Of a stretch of 32,000 nucleotides of DNA, positions 17,635-24,803 are shown one piece after another. The number at the start of each line of letters is the position of its first letter. Position 1 is the stretch's first letter. The position numbers were made by a program, and so were the translations under genes. The stretch covers positions 354,577 to 386,576 of the forward strand of contig LYOS01000002.1 of the NCBI GenBank assembly GCA_001766815.1. Direction: 5' to 3'. The DNA comes from Candidatus Syntropharchaeum caldarium (GTDB lineage: Archaea; Halobacteriota; Syntropharchaeia; Syntropharchaeales; Syntropharchaeaceae). The notes below the pieces were generated by a model. That model had not been told where the DNA came from and did no database searches. It worked only from the letters and a program-made list of their open reading frames with translations.

Positions 17635-18359
17635 AGATTCTTGTATTCTGCTGTGACTGGTGTTCCTACCCAGGTGCGGATCTTGCAGGCATCCTGAGGC
17701 TTGAATATCCACCAGAAGTCAGGATCATAAAGGTGATGTGCTCAGGCAGGGTGGATCCGATGCTCGTGCTCGATGCGTTGAGGCAGGGAATTGATGGCGT
17801 GATGGTGACAGGTTGCCATCCTGGTGAATGCCACTACGTCCACGGGAATATGGAGGCTGAGCGAAGGATTGAGCTTCTAAGATCAATATTTGAGAGATCT
17901 GGGATAAACCCCAGGCGTGTGAGGATTGAGTGGATCTCGGCATCAGAGGGTGAAAAGTTTGCAGAGGTTACACGTGCATTTAAACAGGAGATCGATGAGA
18001 TTGGACCCATCAATCAAGGTGAGATCGATGCAGCAGAAATCATCCATGATGTATTCTCATCAGAGCGGGCAAGACTTGTCCTTGGCGCTTCAAGGCGTGC
18101 GATCGAACTTGAGGGCGTTGATCCTCTCTGGTATAAAGGGGTTCTTGAGCGTACGGTGCGAGAGGAGGTTTTGCGTGAGCGGATACTCAGAGAACTGCGA
18201 AAGAGTGGTGCCCTGAGCGCACATGAACTTGCAGAACGGATCGGTGAACCAGCAAAGGAGATCTTCTGGAACTTGATCGCGATGAAACGAAGGCAGATCA
18301 TTCTTGATATGGGGATAGTAGATGATTCACTCAAGTTTGCCATACAGGAGGGTGTGTGA
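17631..18359 (+). CDS. mvhD: MvhD-like [2Fe-2S] protein with a C-terminal extension of about 110 aa (possible winged helix).
   Basis: The N-terminal part, FCCDWCSY...VMCSGRVD...VTGCHPGECHY, matches MvhD. Residues from about 128 to 242 are extra and include ILRELRKSGALSAHELAERIGEPAKEIFWNLIAMKRR. An ATGA overlap links it upstream. Confidence 0.85.
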   Translation: MKILVFCCDWCSYPGADLAGILRLEYPPEVRIIKVMCSGRVDPMLVLDALRQGIDGVMVTGCHPGECHYVHGNMEAERRIELLRSIFERSGINPRRVRIEWISASEGEKFAEVTRAFKQEIDEIGPINQGEIDAAEIIHDVFSSERARLVLGASRRAIELEGVDPLWYKGVLERTVREEVLRERILRELRKSGALSAHELAERIGEPAKEIFWNLIAMKRRQIILDMGIVDDSLKFAIQEGV

Positions 18360-20317
18360 TGAGAATCGGTGTCTATGTCTGCCACTGCGGGATCAATATC
18401 GGTGCAACCGTGGATGTTAAAAAGGTTGCTGAGTTCGCATCCCATCTCAAAGACGTTGTCATCTCCCGTGAGTACAGTTACATGTGCTCAGATCCAGGTC
18501 AGGAGCTTATAAAGAAGGATATACGGGAATTAGGACTTGACCGGGTCGTTGTTGCATCCTGTTCGCCCAGAATGCATGAGCCAACATTCAGGACCGCGGT
18601 CGCAGAGGCAGGCTTGAATCCTTATCTTTTTGAGATGGCAAACATCAGGGAGCACTGCTCATGGGTGCACGATGATCGTGAACGTGCAACCGAGAAGGCG
18701 ATGCACCTTGTTGCAGGCTCTGTCTATAAGTCAAAGCTTCTTGAACCACTCGAGCCAATGCAGGTTGGAATCACGAAGAAAGCGCTTGTCATGGGTGCAG
18801 GGATCGCTGGAATTCAGACAGCCCTTGATATCGCAGATTCAGGCTTCGAGGTCTATCTTGTTGAGCGATCGCCTTCCGTGGGTGGAAAGATGGCGCAGCT
18901 TGATAAGACGTTCCCAACGCTGGACTGCTCTGCGTGTATCCTGACACCAAAAATGGTCGATGCAGGGAGGCACCCAAATATCGAGCTCATGACATACTCA
19001 GAAGTAATTGATATCGATGGTTATGTCGGAAACTTCAAGGTCAAGATCAAGAAGAAGCCGAGATTCATCGATATCGAGAAGTGCACAGGCTGTGGTGAGT
19101 GTGCATCCCGCTGCCCGGTGGATGTTCCAAATGAGTTTGATGAAGGGATCGGAATCCGAAGTGCAATCTATATTCCATTCCCACAGGCGGTCCCCTTGAA
19201 GTACACGATCGATCGTGATAGCTGTATCCGCTGTGGGACATGCAAGAATGTCTGCAAACGTGATGCAATCGACTATGATCAGACCGAGGAGATCGTAGAA
19301 CTTGATGTAGGGGCAATCGTTGCTGCAACAGGCTATGACCTGATGGATGTGAGTTCCAGGGAGGAGTATGGCTACGGCAGGTTTGATAATGTCATAACAG
19401 GCCTGGAGTTTGAGCGGTTATGCAATGCATCAGGTCCAACCGGTGGAAAGATTCTCACAAAGGATGGTAGAGAACCCAAAGATGTTATCTTCATCCAGTG
19501 TGTCGGATCCAGGGAGATTGGGGGCAATGAATACTGTTCAAGGTTCTGCTGCATGTACACGGCAAAGCACGCACATCTTGTCGAGGACAGGATTGAAAGC
19601 GGCAAGGCGAAGGTTTTATTCACGGATGCACGGGCTTATGGCAAGGGCTTCGAAGAGTTCTATGTGCGGGTGATGGAGGAGGGTGTCGACTACTACAGGC
19701 GTGATCATGACAAACCAGTCAGTGTCACCGAAAGGGAGGATGGCAAGCTTATTGTTACAGCAACCGCGCTTGATGGCTCGCCAATTGAGCTTGAAGGGGA
19801 TATGGTCGTGCTCGCAACAGCAGCCACGGCATGTGAGGATGCGTTTGAGGTATCAAGGCTTCTAAATATCTCACGAACAGGCGATGGCTTCTTCATGGAG
19901 GCACATCCAAAATTAAGGCCGATTGATACACCATCTGATGGAATCTTCCTTGCAGGCTGTTCACAGGGACCAAAGGATATTCCTGACACGGTTGCTCAAG
20001 CTTCTGGTGCAGCTTCACAGGTTCTGAACCTGCTCGCCCAGGATTCAACGACCGGTTCACCGAGCGTATCAGAGGTAAACCAGGATATCTGCATCGGGTG
20101 TGCCACGTGCTTTGAGGTCTGTCCATACGGTGCGATCGAGATGGAGCGGCTTGAGGTTGGGTGGCGTGCAAAGACGAACGAGGTCGTATGTAAGGGCTGT
20201 GGTATCTGCGCCGGCGAATGTCCTGCACTTGCGATCAATGTGAAGCACTTTACGGATGAACAGATAATAAATAAGATTGAAGGTGTTCTTGCTGATTTGA
20301 ACGAGGTGGTAACATGA
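18359..20317 (+). CDS. hdrA: Heterodisulfide reductase subunit A (canonical architecture), a paralog of 12249..14210.
   Basis: It has the same motif set as the first hdrA, and the 5' ends are near-identical at the DNA level. The start overlaps the mvhD stop (TGATG). An alternative GTG start lies at 18356. Confidence 0.9.
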   Translation: MRIGVYVCHCGINIGATVDVKKVAEFASHLKDVVISREYSYMCSDPGQELIKKDIRELGLDRVVVASCSPRMHEPTFRTAVAEAGLNPYLFEMANIREHCSWVHDDRERATEKAMHLVAGSVYKSKLLEPLEPMQVGITKKALVMGAGIAGIQTALDIADSGFEVYLVERSPSVGGKMAQLDKTFPTLDCSACILTPKMVDAGRHPNIELMTYSEVIDIDGYVGNFKVKIKKKPRFIDIEKCTGCGECASRCPVDVPNEFDEGIGIRSAIYIPFPQAVPLKYTIDRDSCIRCGTCKNVCKRDAIDYDQTEEIVELDVGAIVAATGYDLMDVSSREEYGYGRFDNVITGLEFERLCNASGPTGGKILTKDGREPKDVIFIQCVGSREIGGNEYCSRFCCMYTAKHAHLVEDRIESGKAKVLFTDARAYGKGFEEFYVRVMEEGVDYYRRDHDKPVSVTEREDGKLIVTATALDGSPIELEGDMVVLATAATACEDAFEVSRLLNISRTGDGFFMEAHPKLRPIDTPSDGIFLAGCSQGPKDIPDTVAQASGAASQVLNLLAQDSTTGSPSVSEVNQDICIGCATCFEVCPYGAIEMERLEVGWRAKTNEVVCKGCGICAGECPALAINVKHFTDEQIINKIEGVLADLNEVVT

Positions 20318-20715
20318 GTTTTGAACCGTCAATTGTTGCCTTCTGCTGTAACTGGTGCTCTTATGCGGCAGCAGACCTGGCAGGAGTGAGTCGTATGAAA
20401 TATCCACCGAATGTGAGGATCATCCATGTTCCATGCTCTGGAAAGGTTGATCAGATCTATATCCTGAAAGCCCTTGAGATGGGGGCAGATGGGGTGCTTG
20501 TTACAGGGTGTATGGAAGGACAGTGCCATTATCTCACAGGAAACTACTACACCCGTGACCGTGTCGAGCGCCTGAAACGCGATCTTGAGAAGGTGGGGCT
20601 GGGCGGCAGGGTGGATATGTTCATGATGTCTGCTGCGATGGGGCGTGAATTTGCAGATACTGCAACGAGATTTACAGAGAAGATAAGAGAACTGGGACCG
20701 AACCCGTATAAGTAG
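20314..20715 (+). CDS. mvhD: MvhD, the standard-length 133-aa form.
   Basis: It shows FCCNWCSY...VPCSGKVD...VTGCMEGQCHY. An ATGA overlap links it to the hdrA stop. It ends in TAG. Confidence 0.9.
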   Translation: MSFEPSIVAFCCNWCSYAAADLAGVSRMKYPPNVRIIHVPCSGKVDQIYILKALEMGADGVLVTGCMEGQCHYLTGNYYTRDRVERLKRDLEKVGLGGRVDMFMMSAAMGREFADTATRFTEKIRELGPNPYK

Positions 20716-20733
20716 AGGGGGAGGTTCCGGGGG

Positions 20734-20745
20734 TTTTATTTTTTT
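20734..20745 (+). terminator. Oligo-T tract after the metV-mvhD operon.
   Basis: TTTTATTTTTTT lies 19 nt after the mvhD stop. Archaeal termination commonly uses oligo-T. Confidence 0.4.
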
Positions 20746-20748
20746 GGG

Positions 20749-21804
20749 ATGAGATCGGTGATAAGGGTTGAGAGAGTAGATATCGGAAGGTTGAAGGTGA
20801 TTTTTGGGTATAATCCAGATCACATCGCAAAGATAAAGACTGTCAGAGGCTATAGATGGCATCCTGATGGGAAATACTGGAGTGTGCCTTACTCTGAATT
20901 TGAAAGGCTCATATCAGTTTTTGGTTGTGAAAAGCTTGATATCGATCCTGTTGTATGGCTCAGCAAGCTTGAAAAGGAGCTTGCTGCAAGAAGATACAGT
21001 TCAAAGACGAAAAAAGCCTATCTTCATTACAATGAAGACTTTTTAAAGTTTTCTCGCAAAAACCCCACCGAAATATCCAATGATAATGTAAAAGATTATC
21101 TATTTCATCTGGTGGAGAAAAAAGAAGTCTCTACATCCACTTTGAATACAGCGATCAACGCATTGAAGTTTTACTATGGTGAGGTTTTGAAGCGAAGGTT
21201 TGCTTACGAGATAAAGAGGCCAAAGAAGGATAAGAAGCTTCCTGTTGTTCTGAGTCAGGAGGAGGTTTCAAGGATTATATCTTCCGTTACAAATCTCAAA
21301 CACAAACTGATTTTGATGCTTGTCTATTCTGCTGGTTTGAGGGTTAGCGAGGTTGTAACGTTGAAGCCGGAGGATATCGATGTGGAAAGGGAGCTTATCC
21401 ATGTTAAGGGAGCCAAGGGCAGAAAGGACAGATACACGATGCTTTCGGATGTGGCGATGGGGGCTCTGGAGCTGTATCTAAAGGCGTATCGACCCGAGAA
21501 ATGGCTCTTTCCCGGACAAAAATCCAGTTCCCACATCACAACGAGAACGGTGCAGAGGATATTTGAAGACGCCATCGAGAAGGCGGGGATCAAGAAGGAT
21601 GTTAGTGTTCATTCGTTAAGGCACAGCTTCGCAACACATTTACTGGAGGGCGGGACAGACCTGCGGTATATCCAGGAGCTGCTTGGGCATAAAAGTTCGA
21701 AGACGACAGAAATATATACGCATGTGAGTAAGAAAGACCTGAGTAACATAAAAAGTCCATTAGACTCTATCCTGACTCAAGAGGTAGTGGATGAAGATCG
21801 GTGA
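20749..21804 (+). CDS. Tyrosine recombinase/integrase, Xer-like, with an extra N-terminal domain of about 70 aa.
   Basis: The full catalytic set is present: R in AGLRVSE, K in VKGAKGRKDR, HSLRHSF, LGHKS and EIYTHV. The R-to-H spacing is 90 residues, which is Xer-like and not IntI-like. Confidence 0.9.
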   Translation: MRSVIRVERVDIGRLKVIFGYNPDHIAKIKTVRGYRWHPDGKYWSVPYSEFERLISVFGCEKLDIDPVVWLSKLEKELAARRYSSKTKKAYLHYNEDFLKFSRKNPTEISNDNVKDYLFHLVEKKEVSTSTLNTAINALKFYYGEVLKRRFAYEIKRPKKDKKLPVVLSQEEVSRIISSVTNLKHKLILMLVYSAGLRVSEVVTLKPEDIDVERELIHVKGAKGRKDRYTMLSDVAMGALELYLKAYRPEKWLFPGQKSSSHITTRTVQRIFEDAIEKAGIKKDVSVHSLRHSFATHLLEGGTDLRYIQELLGHKSSKTTEIYTHVSKKDLSNIKSPLDSILTQEVVDEDR

Positions 21805-21820
21805 AGTTCTGCCAGAGGGA

Positions 21821-21890
21821 GGTATATACGAAGTTTACTTCCGATATACCGCTAAATTTGAAGGATATACGACATTGATGTCGTATATAA
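21821..21890. other. Two adjacent core-type recombination-site candidates, 17 bp downstream of the integrase stop.
   Basis: Site 1 (21821-21850) reads GGTATATACGA-AGTTTACT-TCCGATATACC (11-8-11). Site 2 (21863-21890) reads GGATATACGAC-ATTGAT-GTCGTATATAA (11-6-11). All four half-sites fit GG(T/A)TATACGA. Confidence 0.6.
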
Positions 21891-21900
21891 ATGAGCAGAT

Positions 21901-21957
21901 GCGCAATTGAGGTTTTGCCCTTCGGGTTACTCACTTCGTTCGCAATTCTCAATCGCC
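21901..21957. repeat. Structured repeat A (hairpin carrying a degenerate copy of the shared core).
   Basis: GCGCAATTGAGG (21901-21912) pairs with TTCTCAATCGCC (21946-21957). The loop contains TTCGGGTTACTCAC. The right arm recurs inverted at 22080-22091 (GGCGATTGAGAA). Confidence 0.5.
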
Positions 21958-22036
21958 TTAATCCCTCACTTCATTTAACAGCAAAAAATAAGACAAGTGA
22001 TTAAAAAGAATGTGAAATTAAAACTTTACATAACGA

Positions 22037-22312
22037 AAAGGTTAAATGAAATTCTCTTATCAGAGAACTACGCTCGGGAGGCGATTGAGAACAAAACCCC
22101 AACTTCTCCGCTCCTCGCTTCGCTGCGGTGCTCGACCACGTTGCACTCTCACTCCGCTACGCTCCGTTCGGGGCGCATTACACCCGCTAACCGATTCGCT
22201 CCTTGCAGTCACTCATCCAAATTTTGCTTCGCAAAACTTCGGTTAGCTTTTTCGTTAGGCGTAATTGGGGGCAAAAAGATTCAAAGGGAACTCCCCGGTT
22301 AAGTTAATATAT
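22037..22312. repeat. ORF-less module consisting of structured repeat B, bounded by two GTTAA(A/G)T boundary motifs.
   Basis: It contains the boundaries AAAAGGTTAAATGAAAT (GTTAAAT at 22041-22047) and CCCCGGTTAAGTTAAT (GTTAAGT at 22298-22304). Other elements are the core TTCGGGGCGCATTACACCCG (22167-22186), a 9-bp inverted repeat GCTAACCGA (22187-22195) / TCGGTTAGC (22239-22247), the hairpin TTTTGC-TTC-GCAAAA, and GTTAGGC at 22254-22260. Confidence 0.55.
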
Positions 22313-22346
22313 GAGATTTAAAAACAAAAAATAGAAGGTGAAATAA

Positions 22347-22544
22347 ATGGCAAGAAAGGTGTGTGTATTGTGTGGGAAACAACACGGAATAATGCCATCT
22401 TCACCATTGGGGAAATGGCATCAATGCACAAACTGCGGACGGATATACTGCGATAGCTGTGGTGCAAAACTTAGAAGAGCAGGAACACTATCTCGTGAAC
22501 GCATATGCCCACATTGCGGAAATGAAACCACGTTGATTCCCTAA
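22347..22544 (+). CDS. Small double zinc-ribbon protein (65 aa).
   Basis: It has four CxxC pairs: CVLCG, CTNCG, CDSCG and CPHCG. The RBS AAGGTGA and a TATA-like TTAATATAT lie upstream. Confidence 0.7.
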   Translation: MARKVCVLCGKQHGIMPSSPLGKWHQCTNCGRIYCDSCGAKLRRAGTLSRERICPHCGNETTLIP

Positions 22545-22716
22545 TACGTCTTTGCCCCCCAACTCTTCGCAACCTTTTGGGTTGCTCGTCCTCGCTGTCG
22601 CTCGGATCACTTAACACGGTGTATGCGGTTCGAGTTATGCCCTCCCCCAAATGCCTCGCTACGCTCGGCACTTCGCATACACCAAAGCCGTTATATGACA
22701 TTCTGCCCCCCTCGCC
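22545..22716. repeat. Structured repeat C, a long imperfect palindrome.
   Basis: The core CTCGGATCACTTAACACGG (22601-22619) includes ACTTAAC. A perfect 10-bp stem, GGTGTATGCG (22618-22627) / CGCATACACC (22674-22683), is present. An inverted core copy, GCCGTTATATGAC, begins at 22688. Confidence 0.6.
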
Positions 22717-22762
22717 GTATCAGAAAATAAAAATATAGGAATAATTGTATGGAGGTTAAAAG

Positions 22763-23272
22763 ATGGCAACAATAAAAGATATACTCAAATCAAAGAAAAA
22801 GCCTAAAGAAATTGTTGAACTTTTGGCTGAAAAATTTAAAAGTGATGATAAAGCGATTGACGAACTTATACAATGCTTTAGAGATGGAACTACTGCTGAG
22901 AAAGGTAACTGCATGGAAGCGATAGAATATATTACCAAAGAAAGTCCAGAATTTGCCGAAGATTGCCTTGATTTCGTTATCGAGCATATCAATGATAAAA
23001 CTCCGAGGGTAAAATGGGAAGCTTGCAGAATAATTGGCAATGTTGCCCAAGAATTTCCAGATAAAGTTAAAAATGCTGTCCCAAAGCTCTTAGAAAACAC
23101 AAAAGATAAAGAAACAGTTGTAAGATAGAGTGCCGCTTTTGCTTTGACCGAGATTGCAAAAAGTAACCCAGCAATGCAAAAAGAACTTGTTCCTGAATTT
23201 AAGAAAGTACTAGAAAGAGAAGACAACAAGGGAGTGAAAAATATTTACATGAAATATCTTAAAGGTGCATGA
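22763..23272 (+). pseudogene. HEAT-repeat protein interrupted by a single in-frame TAG at 23126-23128.
   Basis: The reading frame continues through the TAG inside a HEAT motif (ETVVR-TAG-SAAFALTEIAK). It ends with an ATGA overlap onto the next gene's ATG (23269). Confidence 0.55.
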
Positions 23273-23757
23273 CTATGATAGATGATGTTAGGGATATAAT
23301 TGAAAGAGGAATTCTTTCTTTGCATGATGCTCTTCCTGAAATAAGGGAACTTGCATCCAGTGATGATTGGAGAAAACGGGAAGATGCAGCTACTGCACTG
23401 GTAGAGATCACCAAAAAGAGGAAAGATGAAGTTGTAAGTGAGATGATAATATGGGCAGAGGAAAAAGACCCCAATATTCGCAGAGTCTCAAGTGAAGGAT
23501 TGAGGGGTGTAGCGAGAAGAAATCCAGAGAAGATTTTACCAGTAATTGAAAAACTGAAAACTGACAATAGCCTTTATGTCAGAAAGTCCGTTGCTGCTCT
23601 TCTTAGGGCGATAAGCAAGAAAAATCCTGAATTTGTGGCGGATTTATGCAGAAAATGGGCAAAACTGAAAAATAAAAATACTAACTGGATAATAACACAG
23701 GGTATAAAGAAGTTATCAAAAGAGCAGCAGGAAGAATTAAAATCTTTATTAGATTAG
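23269..23757 (+). CDS. HEAT-like repeat protein (DNA alkylation repair enzyme-like).
   Basis: It shows repeated helical HEAT-type motifs (NIRRVSSEGLRGVA, LYVRKSVAALLRAI) and a C-terminal WAKLKNKNTNW. The family assignment is from pattern memory only. Confidence 0.6.
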   Translation: MTMIDDVRDIIERGILSLHDALPEIRELASSDDWRKREDAATALVEITKKRKDEVVSEMIIWAEEKDPNIRRVSSEGLRGVARRNPEKILPVIEKLKTDNSLYVRKSVAALLRAISKKNPEFVADLCRKWAKLKNKNTNWIITQGIKKLSKEQQEELKSLLD

Positions 23758-23766
23758 GTGAATAAA

Positions 23767-24654
23767 ATGGTTAATGAAATCAAAGTTAAATCAATACTAA
23801 ACAAACACAAAAAGAGGGATGATTGGTTTTTGGACGATTATTCAGTAAATCCTTATTCGGGTTGTTCTTTCAACTGTATTTACTGCTACATAAGAGGGAG
23901 TAAATATGGAGAAAATATGGCAAAGACTTTATCGGCAAAAATAAACGCCCCGGAACTTCTGGAAAAACAGCTTTCAAGAAGAGCAAAGAGAGGAGAATAT
24001 GGAATTATTGCTTTGTCATCTTCAACGGAGCCCTACATGCCAATTGAAGAAAAACTGAAGTTGACAAGAAAATTGCTTGAGATAATTCTGAAGTATAGAT
24101 TTCCTGTTGAAATTGCTACTAAATCAAAACTTGTTTTGAGGGATTTGGATTTATTAAAAGAGATCGCTAAGAATGCAATTTTGCCAGATGATTTGGAACC
24201 TAAACTGAAACATGGGGCAATTATTTCCTTTTCCATCTCAACTCTGGACGAGAAATTGGCAAAAATTCTTGAACCGGGAGCTCCTAAACCTATAGAGAGA
24301 TTGGATGCGATGAAAAGATGTAAAGAGAGGGGATTTTTTACTGGAATATGTTTTATTCCCGTTTTGCCATTTTTATCAGATTCTGAGGAACAAGTTGAGG
24401 AAACGATAAAAACTGTGAAGGAATATGGAGCAGATTTCATTTTTGTTGGTGGCTTAACTTTATTTGGTAAGGGGCCAGCGGATTGTAAGACTCTTTATTA
24501 TAAATTCTTGGAAAAATATCATCCTGAGCTTGTGCCAAAATATAAGAGTTTATACAGAATCTTTTTTGCACCATCAAAAGAATATCAAAAAGAGCTTGAA
24601 GAAAAATCAAGGAGGTTGTGTGAGAGATATGGAATTAAAAATGGGATTATCTAA
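23767..24654 (+). CDS. Radical SAM protein (SplB / DNA-repair-photolyase-like, COG1533-type).
   Basis: It has the CxxxCxxC motif NPYSGCSFNCIYCY near the N-terminus. The ATG at 23767 is preceded by AGGTG. An alternative GTG start lies at 23758. Confidence 0.75.
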   Translation: MVNEIKVKSILNKHKKRDDWFLDDYSVNPYSGCSFNCIYCYIRGSKYGENMAKTLSAKINAPELLEKQLSRRAKRGEYGIIALSSSTEPYMPIEEKLKLTRKLLEIILKYRFPVEIATKSKLVLRDLDLLKEIAKNAILPDDLEPKLKHGAIISFSISTLDEKLAKILEPGAPKPIERLDAMKRCKERGFFTGICFIPVLPFLSDSEEQVEETIKTVKEYGADFIFVGGLTLFGKGPADCKTLYYKFLEKYHPELVPKYKSLYRIFFAPSKEYQKELEEKSRRLCERYGIKNGII

Positions 24655-24803
24655 TGACGGTTTTGGGGCGGAACGCTTCGTCGCTTCGCTCCTCGCCCTC
24701 ACTTCGTTCGGGTCATATAACACGGGCTATACGGCTCACTCCGTTCGCCCAAATTTCGCCTTACGGCGAAACTTCACATATCCCCAAAACGTTAAGTGAA
24801 ATA
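24655..24803. repeat. Structured repeat D.
   Basis: It contains TTTTGGGG (24661-24668) paired with CCCCAAAA (24782-24789), and the core TTCGGGTCATATAACACGGG (24707-24726). It also has the hairpin TTCGCC-TTAC-GGCGAA and the right end CTTCACATATCCCCAAAACGTTAAGTGAAAT (GTTAAGT at 24791-24797). Confidence 0.6.

Noticed and set aside
17170-17712. Long antisense ORFs inside well-supported genes, for example 17170..17712(-) 180 aa, 20329..20862(-) 177 aa, 22756..23229(-) 157 aa and 11971..12372(-) 133 aa.
   Set aside because: Their composition is low-complexity, Ser/Arg/Cys-rich and shadow-like, with no recognisable motifs and no RBS. Each lies opposite a gene with clear family signatures. I treat them as frame shadows.
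20749-21804. Classifying the recombinase as a bona fide integron integrase (IntI).
   Set aside because: IntI proteins carry an insertion of about 35-40 aa between the box I Arg and the HxxR box. From memory the R-to-H spacing is about 131 in IntI1. Here it is 90 residues, like XerC/D. The cassette-array idea therefore rests on the DNA repeats, not on the protein family.
21997-22302. Track ORFs 21997..22302 (101 aa) and 22046..22246 (66 aa), considered as possible cassette genes.
   Set aside because: Both are translations of the low-complexity, CTYCGC-rich structured repeat B (strings such as LRSSLRCGARPRC). They have no RBS, they overlap each other in different frames, and equivalent 'ORFs' appear over repeats C and D. 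I treat them as non-coding repeat DNA.
22618-22645. tRNA-like T-arm signal (GCGGTTCGAGTTATGCC) inside repeat C, considered as a possible tRNA fragment or integration target.
   Set aside because: The flanking bases do not form the 5-bp T-stem (ATGCG versus TATGC are not complementary). No acceptor or anticodon arms can be drawn. I judge it a chance resemblance within a repeat.
22471-22701. Minus-strand ORF of 76 aa overlapping the zinc-ribbon gene's 3' end and repeat C.
   Set aside because: It runs through the palindromic repeat, lies antisense to a well-supported gene, and has no start context. It is a repeat or shadow artefact.
23126-23128. Pyrrolysine decoding of the in-frame TAG in the HEAT gene.
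   Set aside because: Core genes in this window (mvhD at 20713-20715, the 116-aa protein at 8657-8659) and hepT (25535-25537) use TAG as an ordinary stop. No pyl genes or methylamine methyltransferases are visible. A nonsense mutation is the simpler reading. The possibility is kept only as a low-probability alternative in the finding.
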